A stretch of 64,000 bases of DNA from Verrucomicrobiota bacterium (GCA_047947115.1 CP170459.1:5248001-5312000); one strand, 5' to 3'; positions 49,555 through 60,497 are shown, counted from the stretch's first letter. Numbers and translations: made by a program. The notes: generated by a model not told the origin, from the sequence alone.

Positions 49555-49932
49555 TTATTCTTCTTGATTGGGATGTGGTGGGAGGATTTCGCGGGCTTTT
49601 TCTTTTTGTTCTTCGGTGAGTTGACGGAAGACGATGTCGCGGTTTTTGGCGGCTTTGCGGTCGTTTTGCGCGGCGGCCCGGTAGAACCAGACGTAGGCCC
49701 ACAATTTATCTTCATCAACACCGTCTCCGGAATAGTAACGCGCTCCAAGATTATTTTGCGCTAGAGGATGCCCCTGATCGGCTGCTTTGACCAGCCATTC
49801 CAGCGCCTCGTCATCGTCGAGCTCCAGTCCCATCCCGATCGCATGACGCCATCCCAGTTCGTACTGGGCGTCCCGATCCCCCTCCTCCGCTTTGGTGCGG
49901 ATGGCTTCTATTTGTTCTTCGCTCAGTTCCAT
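49555..49932 (-). CDS. Sel1-like repeat protein
   Basis: AEEGDRDAQYELG, KAADQGHPLAQNNLG, AYVWFYRAAAQ. Confidence 0.9.
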   Translation of the reverse strand: MELSEEQIEAIRTKAEEGDRDAQYELGWRHAIGMGLELDDDEALEWLVKAADQGHPLAQNNLGARYYSGDGVDEDKLWAYVWFYRAAAQNDRKAAKNRDIVFRQLTEEQKEKAREILPPHPNQEE

Positions 49933-49965
49933 GCTGAATAGATAGAATAATTTCGTGCGACTCGA

Positions 49966-52900
49966 TTACGGACGGCTGTTTCGTTTTTGACGCAAGGTCA
50001 TCTCCCCGACCCAACGGGTGTTGTAGGCATCCATCCACTCAGTGTTCAAATCTTTCGGATACGGTTGACGACCGTATTGTTGATCATCCATACCATGCCA
50101 AGGCATGGGGCCCACGGTCCAACCCTTGGCCACATGAAAATCAGCATCCTTGTCCCAACCGGACGAGAAGAAGTAGAAGTCCCGTTCCAGTCCGGTTTCC
50201 TTTTGCGGAATCTGGTTGGCTGCAAATTTCAGGGTCAATTCATCGCCACCGTTCAACAGAGCGAGAGCATTGTCTTTTGAATCAATCAAAGGCGACACAT
50301 CGCCATAACGCGTGCACCATCCTGAAGGAGTGATCAACCAGCTAGGCGCAAAATCCACTTTGGCGTAATCAGGTGTCAATGGTTTCCCCCAGACGCGTTC
50401 CTCGTATGCGCTGAACCCACGCCAATGCAGGTCGGTCTCGGTGGGTGTCATCAGATGAACATGGGTATTCGCCTCACCGACCGCTTGCATGAGTTGAATA
50501 CGATCCCAATGAATCTCAAATGCCATGGAAAGTTGCAACCGAAGAGGACCGGATGGAAGTTTCCCGGCCAGATCCACGACGATGGTTTTGGTTTTGCCCG
50601 CAGGCGCGCCCACGGTGACGTCCAGTGGTCGCCACTCTCCGGAAACATCCTGAATTTTCAAGGTTGGAAAAGGAAATGGCAAATCTGAATGATGGGACGC
50701 GCCAATATTGGCCATGCCTCCGCCGAAGTGCAACCATCCGGTCATGACCAGCGCCCAGGGTTGATCCCCGTCGATTTCGCCGAAATCCAGATCAATGGCA
50801 TAAGGTTCGGCCCACCCCCGCAATTGAGGCGCCTGCAACGCCACAGGGGAAGCCCTGTGCCGGTCGATCGCCTGAAGCGCTTCAGTGAGGTCTTCGCCAT
50901 CATTACGAGTGGCAGATATCACTGAACGTACATGACCATAGGTGTGCAGTTCGTGTTGAGGAAAGGGTGGACCAGGAACCAGTTTGCCGGTGGTGTGCAC
51001 CTCTGTTCCGGCAGGGTGATCGACGGCAGCCAGCTTGGCTTCGTCCAGATACAGCACTTCACGCAGTTCTTCGGTCAGTTGCAGGACATGATGTCCTTCT
51101 TTTGAGGGAAACGTTTGTTCATCGCCCAGCCAAACCCATTCATCCGTATCCGCAGGAATGTATACATTTTCAGCAACCGGCAATCCAAGAGGAGCCGCTC
51201 CGAGCAAATCGGTGACAAAACGATAACGCTCACCATCCCATGCATAGAGATAGGGACAGGAGCCGGTCGGCATTTCCAGTTCGAACAAAACCAGACTGGA
51301 GCAGGAATCGATCTCGTAATCCACCTGAGTGATGGTATCCGACCAGTGCGGATCGATGGAGTCCACCTTGGTGCGTTTGCCGAGTCCGATTTCGAAGGGC
51401 AGTTCGTGCAGAGTCCGGGCCAAGCGCAGACCACCCGCTGTCAGCTCGACTTTAACCCCGAGACCGCTGGGATTGGATCGACTGCCTTCCATACGGATCT
51501 TCATCATGGTATTGGCATTCCCTCCTTGATTTCGGAGAATACGGATGGATTGGTCAGCCAAAGTAACCAGCAGATCGGAATCACAATCACCATCGAAGTC
51601 ACCTTTGGAAATGGATTGAATGTCACCAAGATTGAGCTCGGTCAACCCGATCGCAGTGGTCGATTCGGCAAAACCTTCGAGACCACGGTTGCGCCACATT
51701 CTGAACACCCCGCCCCCATAAATGGACACATCCAACCAACCATCGTTATCATAATCCAACAACTTCACCGCTGATGGAGCGGCATCCAAAGCGATGGAAA
51801 CCGGTTTTTCATCGCCCTGCAATCGGATCTGAAGACCTTCAGCGGTAAGAAAGACCACATCCATTCGGAGATCGTTGTTCAAATCCCCCACGGCCAGGGT
51901 CCGTGCCTGAGGCCAATCGGAACTGGCCTCGGCCAGTTTCATCGGAGCGCCCCGTTGTTTAAGATACAGCTGACTAGCCTGGTTTTCGAAGGTCACCAAC
52001 AGGTCGGCCAGATCATTTCCGTCCCAATCCTCCAACACGAAATCGCTCACCCCGGACAATTCGGTGGGAAGGTTGGTATGGGTGGTTTCGAGGTTGAATG
52101 AAAAGGTTCCCATATTCCGGTGGAACAAAAGGGATTTGTTGGTGGAACCGATGGCAATCAGATCCAGTTTCCCGGTCACATCAAAATCAGTCAGACGCCC
52201 TTTCACCGCGTGCAAAGGAGACAGGCGCGAGAACATGGAGGAATCGGACAGCATACCATTGGGAGAAACCTGGAACACCTGAGCACCTTTGTCGGAAAGC
52301 AAAATGGCGTCCTCCTGTTGCCCGGTGCGCATCGATCCCTGGTGTTGAAGGTCTCCGACCAGGCATTGGCTGTAGTTCGCATCGGGCAGGAGCGGCACGG
52401 GAAAACCGGCTGGTTGAAACACACCTTCCTTTTGGACCAGCAACTTGAATCCCTGGTCTTTTTCACGCACCAACAGATCAAGTTGATCATCATGTTCGAT
52501 GTCCAACACACCGACCGGCCCGAGCAAACTGCCGGCCTGTTCGCCAAGAAGATCGTTTGTGGCATCCTCAAAGCGAACAGCGATTCCTTCGGCATCGGGT
52601 TGTTCCAACTGGAACGGCGCAATGGCTTCGGTGTAGATACATTTTTCGGTGACTGATGGATCGGCGCTCAGCGGGTTGTTGGCCACCACTTCCTGGTGTT
52701 TCTCCATCATTTTTTCGGCATCTTCCTGCCGTTGCATGCGGATGTAGGTCTGACTCAGGTTGTAATAAGCGGAGGGATGTTCCGGATCAAACTGCACCAC
52801 TTCTGCAAACTGCTGAGCCGCCTGTTCCCACTGCCCCAGCCCCTGATGAGCGCGGCCGAGCTGGTAGCTGACGGCATTGATGGTCTGGTCGATTTGTTTG

Positions 52901-53364
52901 GCAATCTGCAATGATTGTACGGCCTCTTCGAACTGGCCCAGGCGCACATGGGCGCATCCGTTTAAATAATGGGCGGCGGCGGAATTTGAATTCAGTTTCA
53001 GGGCCGCAGCAGTTTGAACCATCACATCTTCAGCCCGGTTCATAAGCAACAGCGCATTGGCGAGGTTCAGGCGCGCATCCAAATCGCCCGGGTGCAATTC
53101 GACCACTTTCTGAAATTGTTCAGCCGCTTTTTCGGCTCCGCCCACCCCTTGATCGAGTAAATTTTTACCGGATTGCATCAATTCCATGAAGGCATTGGCC
53201 GAGTCTTGAGCGGAGGACACAGATCTGCCTGGTTCGTTCTCCTTGATTTTTTTGGTGGGCAGATAAAAAACGGTAAACATGACCAACACCACACCAAACA
53301 AAAGGAGAACAAACACAGCCGCTGGAACTTTGCGGGCGGAAGTATTTCCGGAATTCGAACTCAT
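49966..53364 (-). CDS. TPR plus FG-GAP/CRTAC1 (ASPIC-UnbV) protein
   Basis: N-terminal TM, TPRs, DxDxDG repeats, SNPSGLG, GSCPYLYAWDG, GWDKDAD. Confidence 0.85.
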   Translation of the reverse strand: MSSNSGNTSARKVPAAVFVLLLFGVVLVMFTVFYLPTKKIKENEPGRSVSSAQDSANAFMELMQSGKNLLDQGVGGAEKAAEQFQKVVELHPGDLDARLNLANALLLMNRAEDVMVQTAAALKLNSNSAAAHYLNGCAHVRLGQFEEAVQSLQIAKQIDQTINAVSYQLGRAHQGLGQWEQAAQQFAEVVQFDPEHPSAYYNLSQTYIRMQRQEDAEKMMEKHQEVVANNPLSADPSVTEKCIYTEAIAPFQLEQPDAEGIAVRFEDATNDLLGEQAGSLLGPVGVLDIEHDDQLDLLVREKDQGFKLLVQKEGVFQPAGFPVPLLPDANYSQCLVGDLQHQGSMRTGQQEDAILLSDKGAQVFQVSPNGMLSDSSMFSRLSPLHAVKGRLTDFDVTGKLDLIAIGSTNKSLLFHRNMGTFSFNLETTHTNLPTELSGVSDFVLEDWDGNDLADLLVTFENQASQLYLKQRGAPMKLAEASSDWPQARTLAVGDLNNDLRMDVVFLTAEGLQIRLQGDEKPVSIALDAAPSAVKLLDYDNDGWLDVSIYGGGVFRMWRNRGLEGFAESTTAIGLTELNLGDIQSISKGDFDGDCDSDLLVTLADQSIRILRNQGGNANTMMKIRMEGSRSNPSGLGVKVELTAGGLRLARTLHELPFEIGLGKRTKVDSIDPHWSDTITQVDYEIDSCSSLVLFELEMPTGSCPYLYAWDGERYRFVTDLLGAAPLGLPVAENVYIPADTDEWVWLGDEQTFPSKEGHHVLQLTEELREVLYLDEAKLAAVDHPAGTEVHTTGKLVPGPPFPQHELHTYGHVRSVISATRNDGEDLTEALQAIDRHRASPVALQAPQLRGWAEPYAIDLDFGEIDGDQPWALVMTGWLHFGGGMANIGASHHSDLPFPFPTLKIQDVSGEWRPLDVTVGAPAGKTKTIVVDLAGKLPSGPLRLQLSMAFEIHWDRIQLMQAVGEANTHVHLMTPTETDLHWRGFSAYEERVWGKPLTPDYAKVDFAPSWLITPSGWCTRYGDVSPLIDSKDNALALLNGGDELTLKFAANQIPQKETGLERDFYFFSSGWDKDADFHVAKGWTVGPMPWHGMDDQQYGRQPYPKDLNTEWMDAYNTRWVGEMTLRQKRNSRP

Positions 53365-53564
53365 CCTTCAAGCATATGCAAAAACGTTTCCTCTGCAAGC
53401 TCTCTGGATATTCATTCGTTCACTTCCGGTCAGATAAGAAATTGGCATTTTTTCTTTCTGTTTTTCGAACATTGGAACAGACTCCCGTCAGCTTGATGCA
53501 CTCAAGGAACAACCCCTCAAAATGATATGCACTCAAATCGCAAACCAAACTCCCGATCCCTGCC

Positions 53565-54698
53565 ATGGCCTTATCCATCGGACTTTTTATGGGAATCGCA
53601 ACTCAAGCCGAAATTGTGTTTGAATTCGACTACAGCACCAGTGCTGAGTTCAATGATCCCAATGATGGTCCCATCCGGAGACAAGCGCTTGAAGACGCAG
53701 CCTGGCTACTTGGTTCACAATTCAACAACGATGCCACACTGCAGATATCGGTCACTACAGAAAACAATCCTGAAAGTGATACGCTGGCCAGTGCTGCAAG
53801 CAATTCTTCAGAGATACCCGAAGATTTCTTTGGATTTTACCCATCGGTGGTGGAATCCAAAGTCCTTCAAGGTGTGGATTCCAATGGAGAAGAACCTGAT
53901 GGTGTGGTGACCATCAATTTTGGTATCGATTGGGATCTGGATGATGAAGTCAGGGAAGATCTCTTTGATTTCAAAGCAACCATGATTCATGAGTTGCTGC
54001 ACGCTTTGGGCTTTTTATCCAGCATCTCCCCCGATGGTGTGGATATCTTCGAAACGCCTCCTGGAGAACCTGGTGTCTGGGGTAAATTCGACCAGTTTGT
54101 TTCGGATTCCGAACAAAATTTTGTCATCGATGAAAACTACGTGTTGGATCCGGAAATCTGGAATGAGATCAGCCTTGGCGGATCATCCCCAGATGGCGGC
54201 ATCTTCTTTGCAGGTCCCAGAACATTGGAAGCCAATAACAATGATCCGGTCGGTTTGTATTCTCCAACCGAATGGCCTGAGGGTAGCAGCGGCAGTCACC
54301 TGGATGACGATAATCAGGTTCTGGCTGGTATGCTGATGCTTGCGGCCACAAACGAAGGACAATACACCCGAAGCCTAAGTGACATTGAACGTGCCATCCT
54401 AGCCGATCTTGGATATGACGTGGTCGAAGGTGGAAAAGATCCAGATCCGGTTGATCCAGATCCGGTTGATCCTGACAACGGTGGAGATGAGATTGCGGTG
54501 GAACTCGCTATTTCGGTAAATTCCGGCGTCGCGTCCATCGCCATCTATGGTGCACCTGGCGATTATCAAGTGGAAGCCTCCATTGATTTTGAAACATGGG
54601 AACCCATTGGATTGGTCACGATTCCGGAAGGTTCGGATGTAGTGACCTTTGAGGAAGAACTGTTTGATCTTCAGTCCTATCGAATCACGGCAGAATAA
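53565..54698 (+). CDS. secreted acidic zinc metalloprotease-like protein
   Basis: Signal peptide, HELLHALGF, GSSGSHLD, DPDPV linker, C-terminal YQVEASIDFETW...SYRI domain. Confidence 0.75.
   Translation: MALSIGLFMGIATQAEIVFEFDYSTSAEFNDPNDGPIRRQALEDAAWLLGSQFNNDATLQISVTTENNPESDTLASAASNSSEIPEDFFGFYPSVVESKVLQGVDSNGEEPDGVVTINFGIDWDLDDEVREDLFDFKATMIHELLHALGFLSSISPDGVDIFETPPGEPGVWGKFDQFVSDSEQNFVIDENYVLDPEIWNEISLGGSSPDGGIFFAGPRTLEANNNDPVGLYSPTEWPEGSSGSHLDDDNQVLAGMLMLAATNEGQYTRSLSDIERAILADLGYDVVEGGKDPDPVDPDPVDPDNGGDEIAVELAISVNSGVASIAIYGAPGDYQVEASIDFETWEPIGLVTIPEGSDVVTFEEELFDLQSYRITAE
54438..54476 (+). repeat. in-frame 15-bp tandem repeat encoding a DPDPV linker
   Basis: GATCCAGATCCGGTT x2 plus GATCCTGAC. 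Confidence 0.8.
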
Positions 54699-54712
54699 AA
54701 CGCTTTCATGCC

Positions 54713-54761
54713 AAGCCCTGTCATTCGTTGTCCACCCACAACGCAAATGGCAGGGCTTTTT
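54713..54761 (+). terminator. Rho-independent terminator
   Basis: AAGCCCTGTCATT...AATGGCAGGGCTT followed by a T run, 14 nt after the stop. Confidence 0.7.
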
Positions 54762-54857
54762 AATTTGCGCATGCCTTGATCCAGGCTAAAAAGAATTCAT
54801 TGAATTTATGACTGTTGTTTCTCATCCGCTCAGCTAGTTTTCTGAGACACAAGGGTT

Positions 54858-55484
54858 ATGGCACGTTTATTCTGGATATTTCTGGGCTTGGCAGCTCTTT
54901 TCCTTGTTCCATTCCTTATTTGGGGCGGACACTGGGATTGGTCACCGAATGAAACGGTGGACTGGCTGAAGCAATACGGCAGATGGGGGTGGTTGGTTGC
55001 TTTTTGCCTCTTGATGGGCGACCTGTTTTTGCCGATTCCGTCGACCGCTGTGATGTCCGGACTCGGATTGGTTTATGGCCCGGTCTGGGGCGGATTGATA
55101 GGAGCCTCCGGTTCGTTTGTTTCCGGCGTGATGGCCTACGGTTTGTGCCGGCTCTTTGGTGAAAGAGCTGTGGAACGACTACTCGGCCATGAAGATCAAA
55201 TCAGAGGAAAGGACCTGTTTCTGCGCTACGGAGGCTGGCTGGTCGCTTTGTCAAGATGGCTTCCCCTGCTGCCGGAGGTTATTTCATGCATGGCCGGATT
55301 CCTTCGCATGCCTTGGCCCGGTTTTCTGGCAGCCCTGGCTTGTGGGACGATTCCAATGGCGTTTACCTTTGCGGTGTTGGGCCACTTGGGATCGGACCAC
55401 CCAGCATTGTCCATGCTGCTGAGCGCATGCGTGCCGCCTCTACTGTGGTGGTTGATCGGAAAAAGGCTGATGCAGTCTGCCTGA
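54858..55484 (+). CDS. TVP38/TMEM64 (VTT/DedA) family membrane protein
   Basis: DLFLPIPS, YGPVWGG, SRWLPLLPEVIS, AGFLRM. Confidence 0.88.
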   Translation: MARLFWIFLGLAALFLVPFLIWGGHWDWSPNETVDWLKQYGRWGWLVAFCLLMGDLFLPIPSTAVMSGLGLVYGPVWGGLIGASGSFVSGVMAYGLCRLFGERAVERLLGHEDQIRGKDLFLRYGGWLVALSRWLPLLPEVISCMAGFLRMPWPGFLAALACGTIPMAFTFAVLGHLGSDHPALSMLLSACVPPLLWWLIGKRLMQSA

Positions 55485-55503
55485 TCAGCCGCAGGGACCC
55501 GAC

Positions 55504-55716
55504 TTAACGAAGTCGGTAAACGATACGCGCCTTGTTGAGGTCATAGGGAGACATCTCAATCTTAACGCGGTCACCAATGGTCAATCGGATGAACCGCTTG
55601 CGCATTTTTCCCGAGATATGTGCCAGAACAACGTGTCCGTTGCTAAGTTCCACTCTAAACATCGTGCCAGCCAAAACGGCCTTCACTGTGCCTTCCAATT
55701 CTATATGTTCTTCCAT
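55504..55716 (-). CDS. infA: translation initiation factor IF-1
   Basis: 70 aa [11 protein letters not shown]...[30 protein letters not shown]...SPYDL..ARIVYR. Confidence 0.95.
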   Translation of the reverse strand: MEEHIELEGTVKAVLAGTMFRVELSNGHVVLAHISGKMRKRFIRLTIGDRVKIEMSPYDLNKARIVYRLR

Positions 55717-55878
55717 CCGTAATCGATTTATCGTCTGCGCTTCAAACAAATGCAGTGTCGATAGCATGTGGAGATTCCAGCGGAAATCAAGCGTATTCCT
55801 CCGATAAATCATTTTTACGAACGGAAAGGTTGATTCAAGGAATCGAATCGGTATAGGTATGGCGGAAACCCTGTGCTT

Positions 55879-56619
55879 ATGGGACGCCATCCTGACTTGA
55901 CCATCGTTAAAAAACGAATCCTTGTAGATACCTTCCTTGATCTGGAAGGCGTTCGCGTCCCCTTGAAATCCATCCGAAACGCCGCCGCCAAACGTTACAT
56001 CCTCCGCCTCCACCGGGATGGATACATCCAGATCACCATTCCCTGCAGCGGGAACCGCAAGCATGCCATGCTGTTTGTGGAGAAAAACCGGCAATGGCTG
56101 CGTGACCAGTGGTTGAAGCGGGAAGCCGGCATCAAAGAAAAAGCAGCCGAACGTCATAAAAGGGAGATTTATTACAAAGGAAAGCTGGAACCGGTGGAGA
56201 TCAAGGATGTCCAGGGACAACCCCACGCCTCCTTCGCCGGACAATCTTTTCCGGTTGATTTGCATCGTCTGGACCTCAAGCAATGGCTTGAAGCCTGGCT
56301 CAATTTCAAGGCAAAGGAAAACTTGCCAAACCGGGTATGGACCCTCGCCCTGAAATACGGATTCAAATACAACAAAGTCACCATACGTGACCAAAGAACC
56401 CGTTGGGGTTCTTGTTCTTCCAACAAAACCATCTCCTTGAATTGGCGCCTGATCCAGATTCCGCCCAGGCATTGTGACTACATTATTCTGCACGAACTCA
56501 ATCATCTGAAACACATGGATCACTCCATTCGATTCTGGCGCAGTCTCGAGGCCATATGTCCCTGGTTCCGTGAATCTGAAGCCTGGCTGAAGGTGAACAG
56601 CCACTACTTGAGAGATTAA
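55879..56619 (+). CDS. YgjP/DUF45 (SprT-like) metal-dependent hydrolase
   Basis: [33 protein letters not shown]. Confidence 0.88.
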   Translation: MGRHPDLTIVKKRILVDTFLDLEGVRVPLKSIRNAAAKRYILRLHRDGYIQITIPCSGNRKHAMLFVEKNRQWLRDQWLKREAGIKEKAAERHKREIYYKGKLEPVEIKDVQGQPHASFAGQSFPVDLHRLDLKQWLEAWLNFKAKENLPNRVWTLALKYGFKYNKVTIRDQRTRWGSCSSNKTISLNWRLIQIPPRHCDYIILHELNHLKHMDHSIRFWRSLEAICPWFRESEAWLKVNSHYLRD

Positions 56620-56671
56620 AGCAAAAACCAAGCCACCATTCGAAAAAGACCAATAAAGGGTGGTATTACCT

Positions 56672-56700
56672 TTGACACCACACTCATGATCTTTCAGTAT
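56672..56700 (+). promoter_or_regulatory. sigma70-like promoter
   Basis: TTGACA (56672-56677), 17 nt, CAGTAT (56695-56700), 23 nt before ATG 56724. Confidence 0.45.
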
Positions 56701-56723
56701 CGCAAAAATCGATCCGTTATTTT

Positions 56724-57473
56724 ATGAAAAAAAGAAACGTTGCACGCAGGGGATTTACATTGATTGAGTTGCTGGTGGTGATCGCCATTATCGCCATTCT
56801 GGCGGGCATGCTGCTCCCTGCCCTCTCCAAAGCAAAAGAAAAGGCCAAGCGCATCAAGTGCGTGAATAATCTCAGACAGTTGGGGATTGCGATGACCATC
56901 TATGCCGATGACAACAATGATGTTTTGTTGGAAGCCCGCAATAAATCGGTCCAGATTTCCCTCAATCCTCCCCAGCGGGAAGCAGCGGCATCAGTCGGGC
57001 TTTCCATCAGCACGAACAGCGCCGTTTCCAAAATATGGACATGTCCCAATCGCCCTTCCTTTCCAACATACGAACCAGCCTTTCCTCAGTGGAACATCGG
57101 GTATCAATATTTCGGAGGTATCGAAGAATGGACCAATCCACTGGGCAGATTCAAATCACGCAGCCCGGTAAAATCCTCCACCTCGCGCCCAGGCTGGGCG
57201 CTGGCGGCGGACGCGGTGCTTAAAGTGGACAACGAATGGGGTGGTGGTCGTGCCGAAGCTTTTAAAAACATGCCTCCACACCGCAATCAACAAGGTCTCC
57301 CTGAGGGTGGAAACCATCTGTTTATGGATGGTTCCTCAAGGTGGATTAATTTCGACAAAATGCTGTTTATCCACAGTTGGAGTACGGGTGGCGCCCGTGA
57401 TGCCTATTTCTGGCAGGATGATCTGGGCGATGAATTGGCCCCAAGAGCAGAAGGCATTCGCGCCAAATACTGA
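56724..57473 (+). CDS. prepilin-type N-terminal cleavage/methylation protein with H-X9-DG motif
   Basis: [33 protein letters not shown]...[10 protein letters not shown]. Confidence 0.92.
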   Translation: MKKRNVARRGFTLIELLVVIAIIAILAGMLLPALSKAKEKAKRIKCVNNLRQLGIAMTIYADDNNDVLLEARNKSVQISLNPPQREAAASVGLSISTNSAVSKIWTCPNRPSFPTYEPAFPQWNIGYQYFGGIEEWTNPLGRFKSRSPVKSSTSRPGWALAADAVLKVDNEWGGGRAEAFKNMPPHRNQQGLPEGGNHLFMDGSSRWINFDKMLFIHSWSTGGARDAYFWQDDLGDELAPRAEGIRAKY

Positions 57474-57520
57474 GTTTCGTCAGAGGAGAATCGGTATCCA
57501 TCATACCAATTCTTTTGCAC

Positions 57521-57552
57521 AGAGGGACGGGAATTATCCAGTCCCTCTTTTT
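57521..57552 (+). terminator. Rho-independent terminator
   Basis: AGAGGGAC / GTCCCTCT stem followed by TTTT. Confidence 0.6.
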
Positions 57553-57650
57553 GATTCCCAATCAGGAAAACCAACCTTGCCTGCCGATCAAAGGGAGTCA
57601 AGAACGCTGAAAACTTGCAATCACGACGTTCTGCAGGAATAAATAACCCC

Positions 57651-58418
57651 ATGGATTTTGCGCTCATATTCACAGACGTGAGGAACCTCCTCACCAATCC
57701 TGTATTTCTGATACTGACCGGGTTTCAGATATGGATGCTTGTGGATGCAGTACGCAGAGAAGAATGGTTGTGGGCGGCCATGTTATTATTTTTCGGACAT
57801 TTTACGGCTTTATTTTACTTTTTCATGGTTTACAGAGTAGCCCGCGCCTCTGAAGGAAGCCCTTCCTTCGAATGGCCGGGATCCGCAGAACGGGAACGTA
57901 TCGAGCAGCTTCAGGATCAAATCCACCACCTTGACAAAGCCCATCATCATGCCGAGTTGGGAAACATCTATGTCAAGCAAGGCAAATTTGACAAGGCTCT
58001 GGAATGTTATGAGGCCGCCTACGAGAGAGATGCGGACGACATCGACATTCTGGGGGCTTACGGCCGATGTCTGATCAAGATGAACGAGCCGGAAAAAGCC
58101 ATTGCGCTTTTGGAGAAAGTCGCAGCGGAAGATCCTCGTCATGAATACGGCGTTACCTTGATGGCTCTGGCTCAGGCCTATTTGCTCCAGAACCAAACCG
58201 AACCCGCACAAAAAGCTCTGGAACAGGTATTGCAGCACCAGACCTATGCAGAAGCACGTGTGATGTTGGCGGAGATTTATCTGAAAATCGATCGAAAAGA
58301 CGATGCCAAACATCAGTTGGAAGAAGTCATCGATGACGACAAACACGCTCCCTCATTCGTCAAAAAGAAAGACCGCGTCTGGTCACGCAAGGCAAGTCAG
58401 ATGCTGCAGCATATCTGA
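57651..58418 (+). CDS. membrane-anchored TPR protein
   Basis: Two N-terminal TM helices then TPRs (ELGNIYVKQGKFDKALECYE); start ATG 57651. Confidence 0.85.
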   Translation: MDFALIFTDVRNLLTNPVFLILTGFQIWMLVDAVRREEWLWAAMLLFFGHFTALFYFFMVYRVARASEGSPSFEWPGSAERERIEQLQDQIHHLDKAHHHAELGNIYVKQGKFDKALECYEAAYERDADDIDILGAYGRCLIKMNEPEKAIALLEKVAAEDPRHEYGVTLMALAQAYLLQNQTEPAQKALEQVLQHQTYAEARVMLAEIYLKIDRKDDAKHQLEEVIDDDKHAPSFVKKKDRVWSRKASQMLQHI

Positions 58419-58469
58419 GCCCTGCATTTTCGTTTTGATGCCAAACGGGATTGATGATCCAATACCCGG

Positions 58470-59036
58470 ATGAGTGCATCCTCCTCTGAAAATAATTTGG
58501 CTGCAGCGTTTCTGAAATTGATCGCTACATCGGACTTGCCTGGACTGGGCCCGGAGCAGCGCCCTTCAGCAAAACCTGCACCGGACATCAACGCGATAGT
58601 GCGGGCCTGGGCAAACGAACAACATCTGGATGCGGACAAACTGGATGTTCTGCGATCCGCCGCCCTTCTCTGGCATGACCATTTGGACGCATCCCACAGC
58701 ATATCTCAATCCATACCGACCGCCACCGGGAGCTTCCTGCACGGCATCATGCATCGGCGTGAGCCCGATTACGGCAACGCCAAGTATTGGTTTCATCGCG
58801 TGCACTCACATCCAGCATACTCCGATATCACTGAAAGCGTGCGGGATCGGATTGATTCCGGAGAACTGCCATCTGTGTTTAAATTTCTGGTTCAAAATGG
58901 CAACTGGGATCCATTTGGTTTTGTGGACGCCGTTGATGAGGAATTCTGCTCACGGAAAACCCCCGAAGTCTTCCAAGGGTTGCAGGTCGTGCAGCAGGTG
59001 GAATTTGAATGCCTGGTGACAACTGTATTATCTTAA
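58470..59036 (+). CDS. conserved hypothetical protein
   Basis: LWHDHLDASHSISQ and HGIMHRREPDYGNAKYWF His-rich motif; operon-like spacing. Confidence 0.75.
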   Translation: MSASSSENNLAAAFLKLIATSDLPGLGPEQRPSAKPAPDINAIVRAWANEQHLDADKLDVLRSAALLWHDHLDASHSISQSIPTATGSFLHGIMHRREPDYGNAKYWFHRVHSHPAYSDITESVRDRIDSGELPSVFKFLVQNGNWDPFGFVDAVDEEFCSRKTPEVFQGLQVVQQVEFECLVTTVLS

Positions 59037-59048
59037 CCCACCCCCACC

Positions 59049-59999
59049 ATGCCACTTCACCCTCAAGCACGCTCATTTCTCGATCTGGTCGCCAAAAAGA
59101 ATGCTCCACCTTGGGAAAGTCTGGCTCCATCCGTCAGTCGCTCCATGTTCAACGGACTGACCGAATTTTTCGGGCAAGGGCCGGAACTGAACGATATCAG
59201 TGACAAGGTCATTGCCGACAAGGTTCCGGTTCGCATCTACCGTCCGGATTCCAAACCCTGCCTACCGGCCATCATGTATTTTCACGGCGGCGGCTGGGTA
59301 TTGGGCAACATTGAAACACATGATGCCATGTGCCGCCATTTGGCGAAAGATTCGGGGAGCATGGTGATCAGCGTGAATTACCGACTTGCTCCAGAACATC
59401 CTTTCCCGGCGGCTTTCGATGACTGCTACGAAGCCACTCGATATGTATCACATCATGCAGCAGAGCTGGGCGTTGATCCAACCCGCATCGCCGTAGCGGG
59501 AGACAGCGCAGGCGGCAATCTTGCAGCTGCCGTAACATTGAAAGCACGGGAGGAGGGCACACCGAACATCCATTCGCAATGGTTGATCTACCCGGTTCTG
59601 GAAGCCAATTTTGATACGGTCTCTTACAAGGAATTCGCAATTGACCATGGATTAACCAGACGAACCATGCAGTTCTTCTGGGATCAATATTCCAAGAAGA
59701 AAACAGATCGGTCGACCGCCTGCGCGGCCCCTCTGAAAGCGGACCACCTGAGGGATCTTCCCTTCACACAAATCATCACCGCCGAATATGACGTACTCAG
59801 GGATGAAGGAGAGCAATTCGCCCGTTTGTTGAAAAAAGCAGGCGTCGAAGTCGAACTCATCCAGTACGACGGAATGCTGCACGGATTCATGCACTTCGCC
59901 GCAGCATTCGATGAAGGAAAAAGGGCGCTGGCTGAATTGGGCAAAGCAATGAACACCAGGTTTGGTTTAGCCTGCAAAAACCACCTAAACCATACTTAA
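59049..59999 (+). CDS. alpha/beta hydrolase, HSL-family esterase
   Basis: HGGGW, YRLAPEHPFPAA, GDSAGG, DVLRDEG, HGF. Confidence 0.92.
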   Translation: MPLHPQARSFLDLVAKKNAPPWESLAPSVSRSMFNGLTEFFGQGPELNDISDKVIADKVPVRIYRPDSKPCLPAIMYFHGGGWVLGNIETHDAMCRHLAKDSGSMVISVNYRLAPEHPFPAAFDDCYEATRYVSHHAAELGVDPTRIAVAGDSAGGNLAAAVTLKAREEGTPNIHSQWLIYPVLEANFDTVSYKEFAIDHGLTRRTMQFFWDQYSKKKTDRSTACAAPLKADHLRDLPFTQIITAEYDVLRDEGEQFARLLKKAGVEVELIQYDGMLHGFMHFAAAFDEGKRALAELGKAMNTRFGLACKNHLNHT

Positions 60000-60055
60000 A
60001 CGATCACATAACAAGTAGTATCAAACATGGAAACCAAAAGAAAAAAACCTTTATA

Positions 60056-60493
60056 ATGACAACGGAAAATGAGGATCCAAGGACGAAGCCAGGATTCCGA
60101 CCTGAGCTGTTCCCCACATGCAACGGCCAGCCGTGCCCCCCTCTTGAACAAACAGATCCTGAATCATGCATCCTGCGTTCGGCGGCTGCGGCGTATTATG
60201 AAATTAATGAACTCCTGGACCGCCTGCTTACCGCAAATCGAAACTCGGACTCTTCGGGCCGTCTGAAGGCATTGAAGCAAATCAAGCAAGCCAATGAGCG
60301 CCGCAACAAACTGGCAGATCAGTTTGAAACCGAAGGCCTAGAGATTCGTCCAAAATTGTCGGGATGGAAAACCGTTGATGTAGGACTCATTGAAACCCTG
60401 GCCTGGGACGCTGACCAAGACCGGCAACAGGCAGAATATTTCGATTTGGTGATTCCCATTTCCTCCCCGAAAGACAAGCAGCCCGGGCTATAA
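60056..60493 (+). CDS. hypothetical protein
   Basis: 145 aa, helical; 4 nt before the next gene. Confidence 0.6.
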   Translation: MTTENEDPRTKPGFRPELFPTCNGQPCPPLEQTDPESCILRSAAAAYYEINELLDRLLTANRNSDSSGRLKALKQIKQANERRNKLADQFETEGLEIRPKLSGWKTVDVGLIETLAWDADQDRQQAEYFDLVIPISSPKDKQPGL

Positions 60494-60497
60494 AACA

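Noticed and set aside
49104..49764. ORFs of 147-214 aa with internal repeats
   Set aside because: They are translations of the REPIN array and overlap the Sel1 gene.
55504..56631. 375-aa ORF appearing as a giant IF-1 fusion
   Set aside because: The upstream part is antisense to the well-supported YgjP-like gene; IF-1 homology starts at Met 55716.
60027..60056. Mini-ORF METKRKKPL overlapping the start of 60056 across an A7 run
   Set aside because: Could be chance or a homopolymer indel; no SD or other support.
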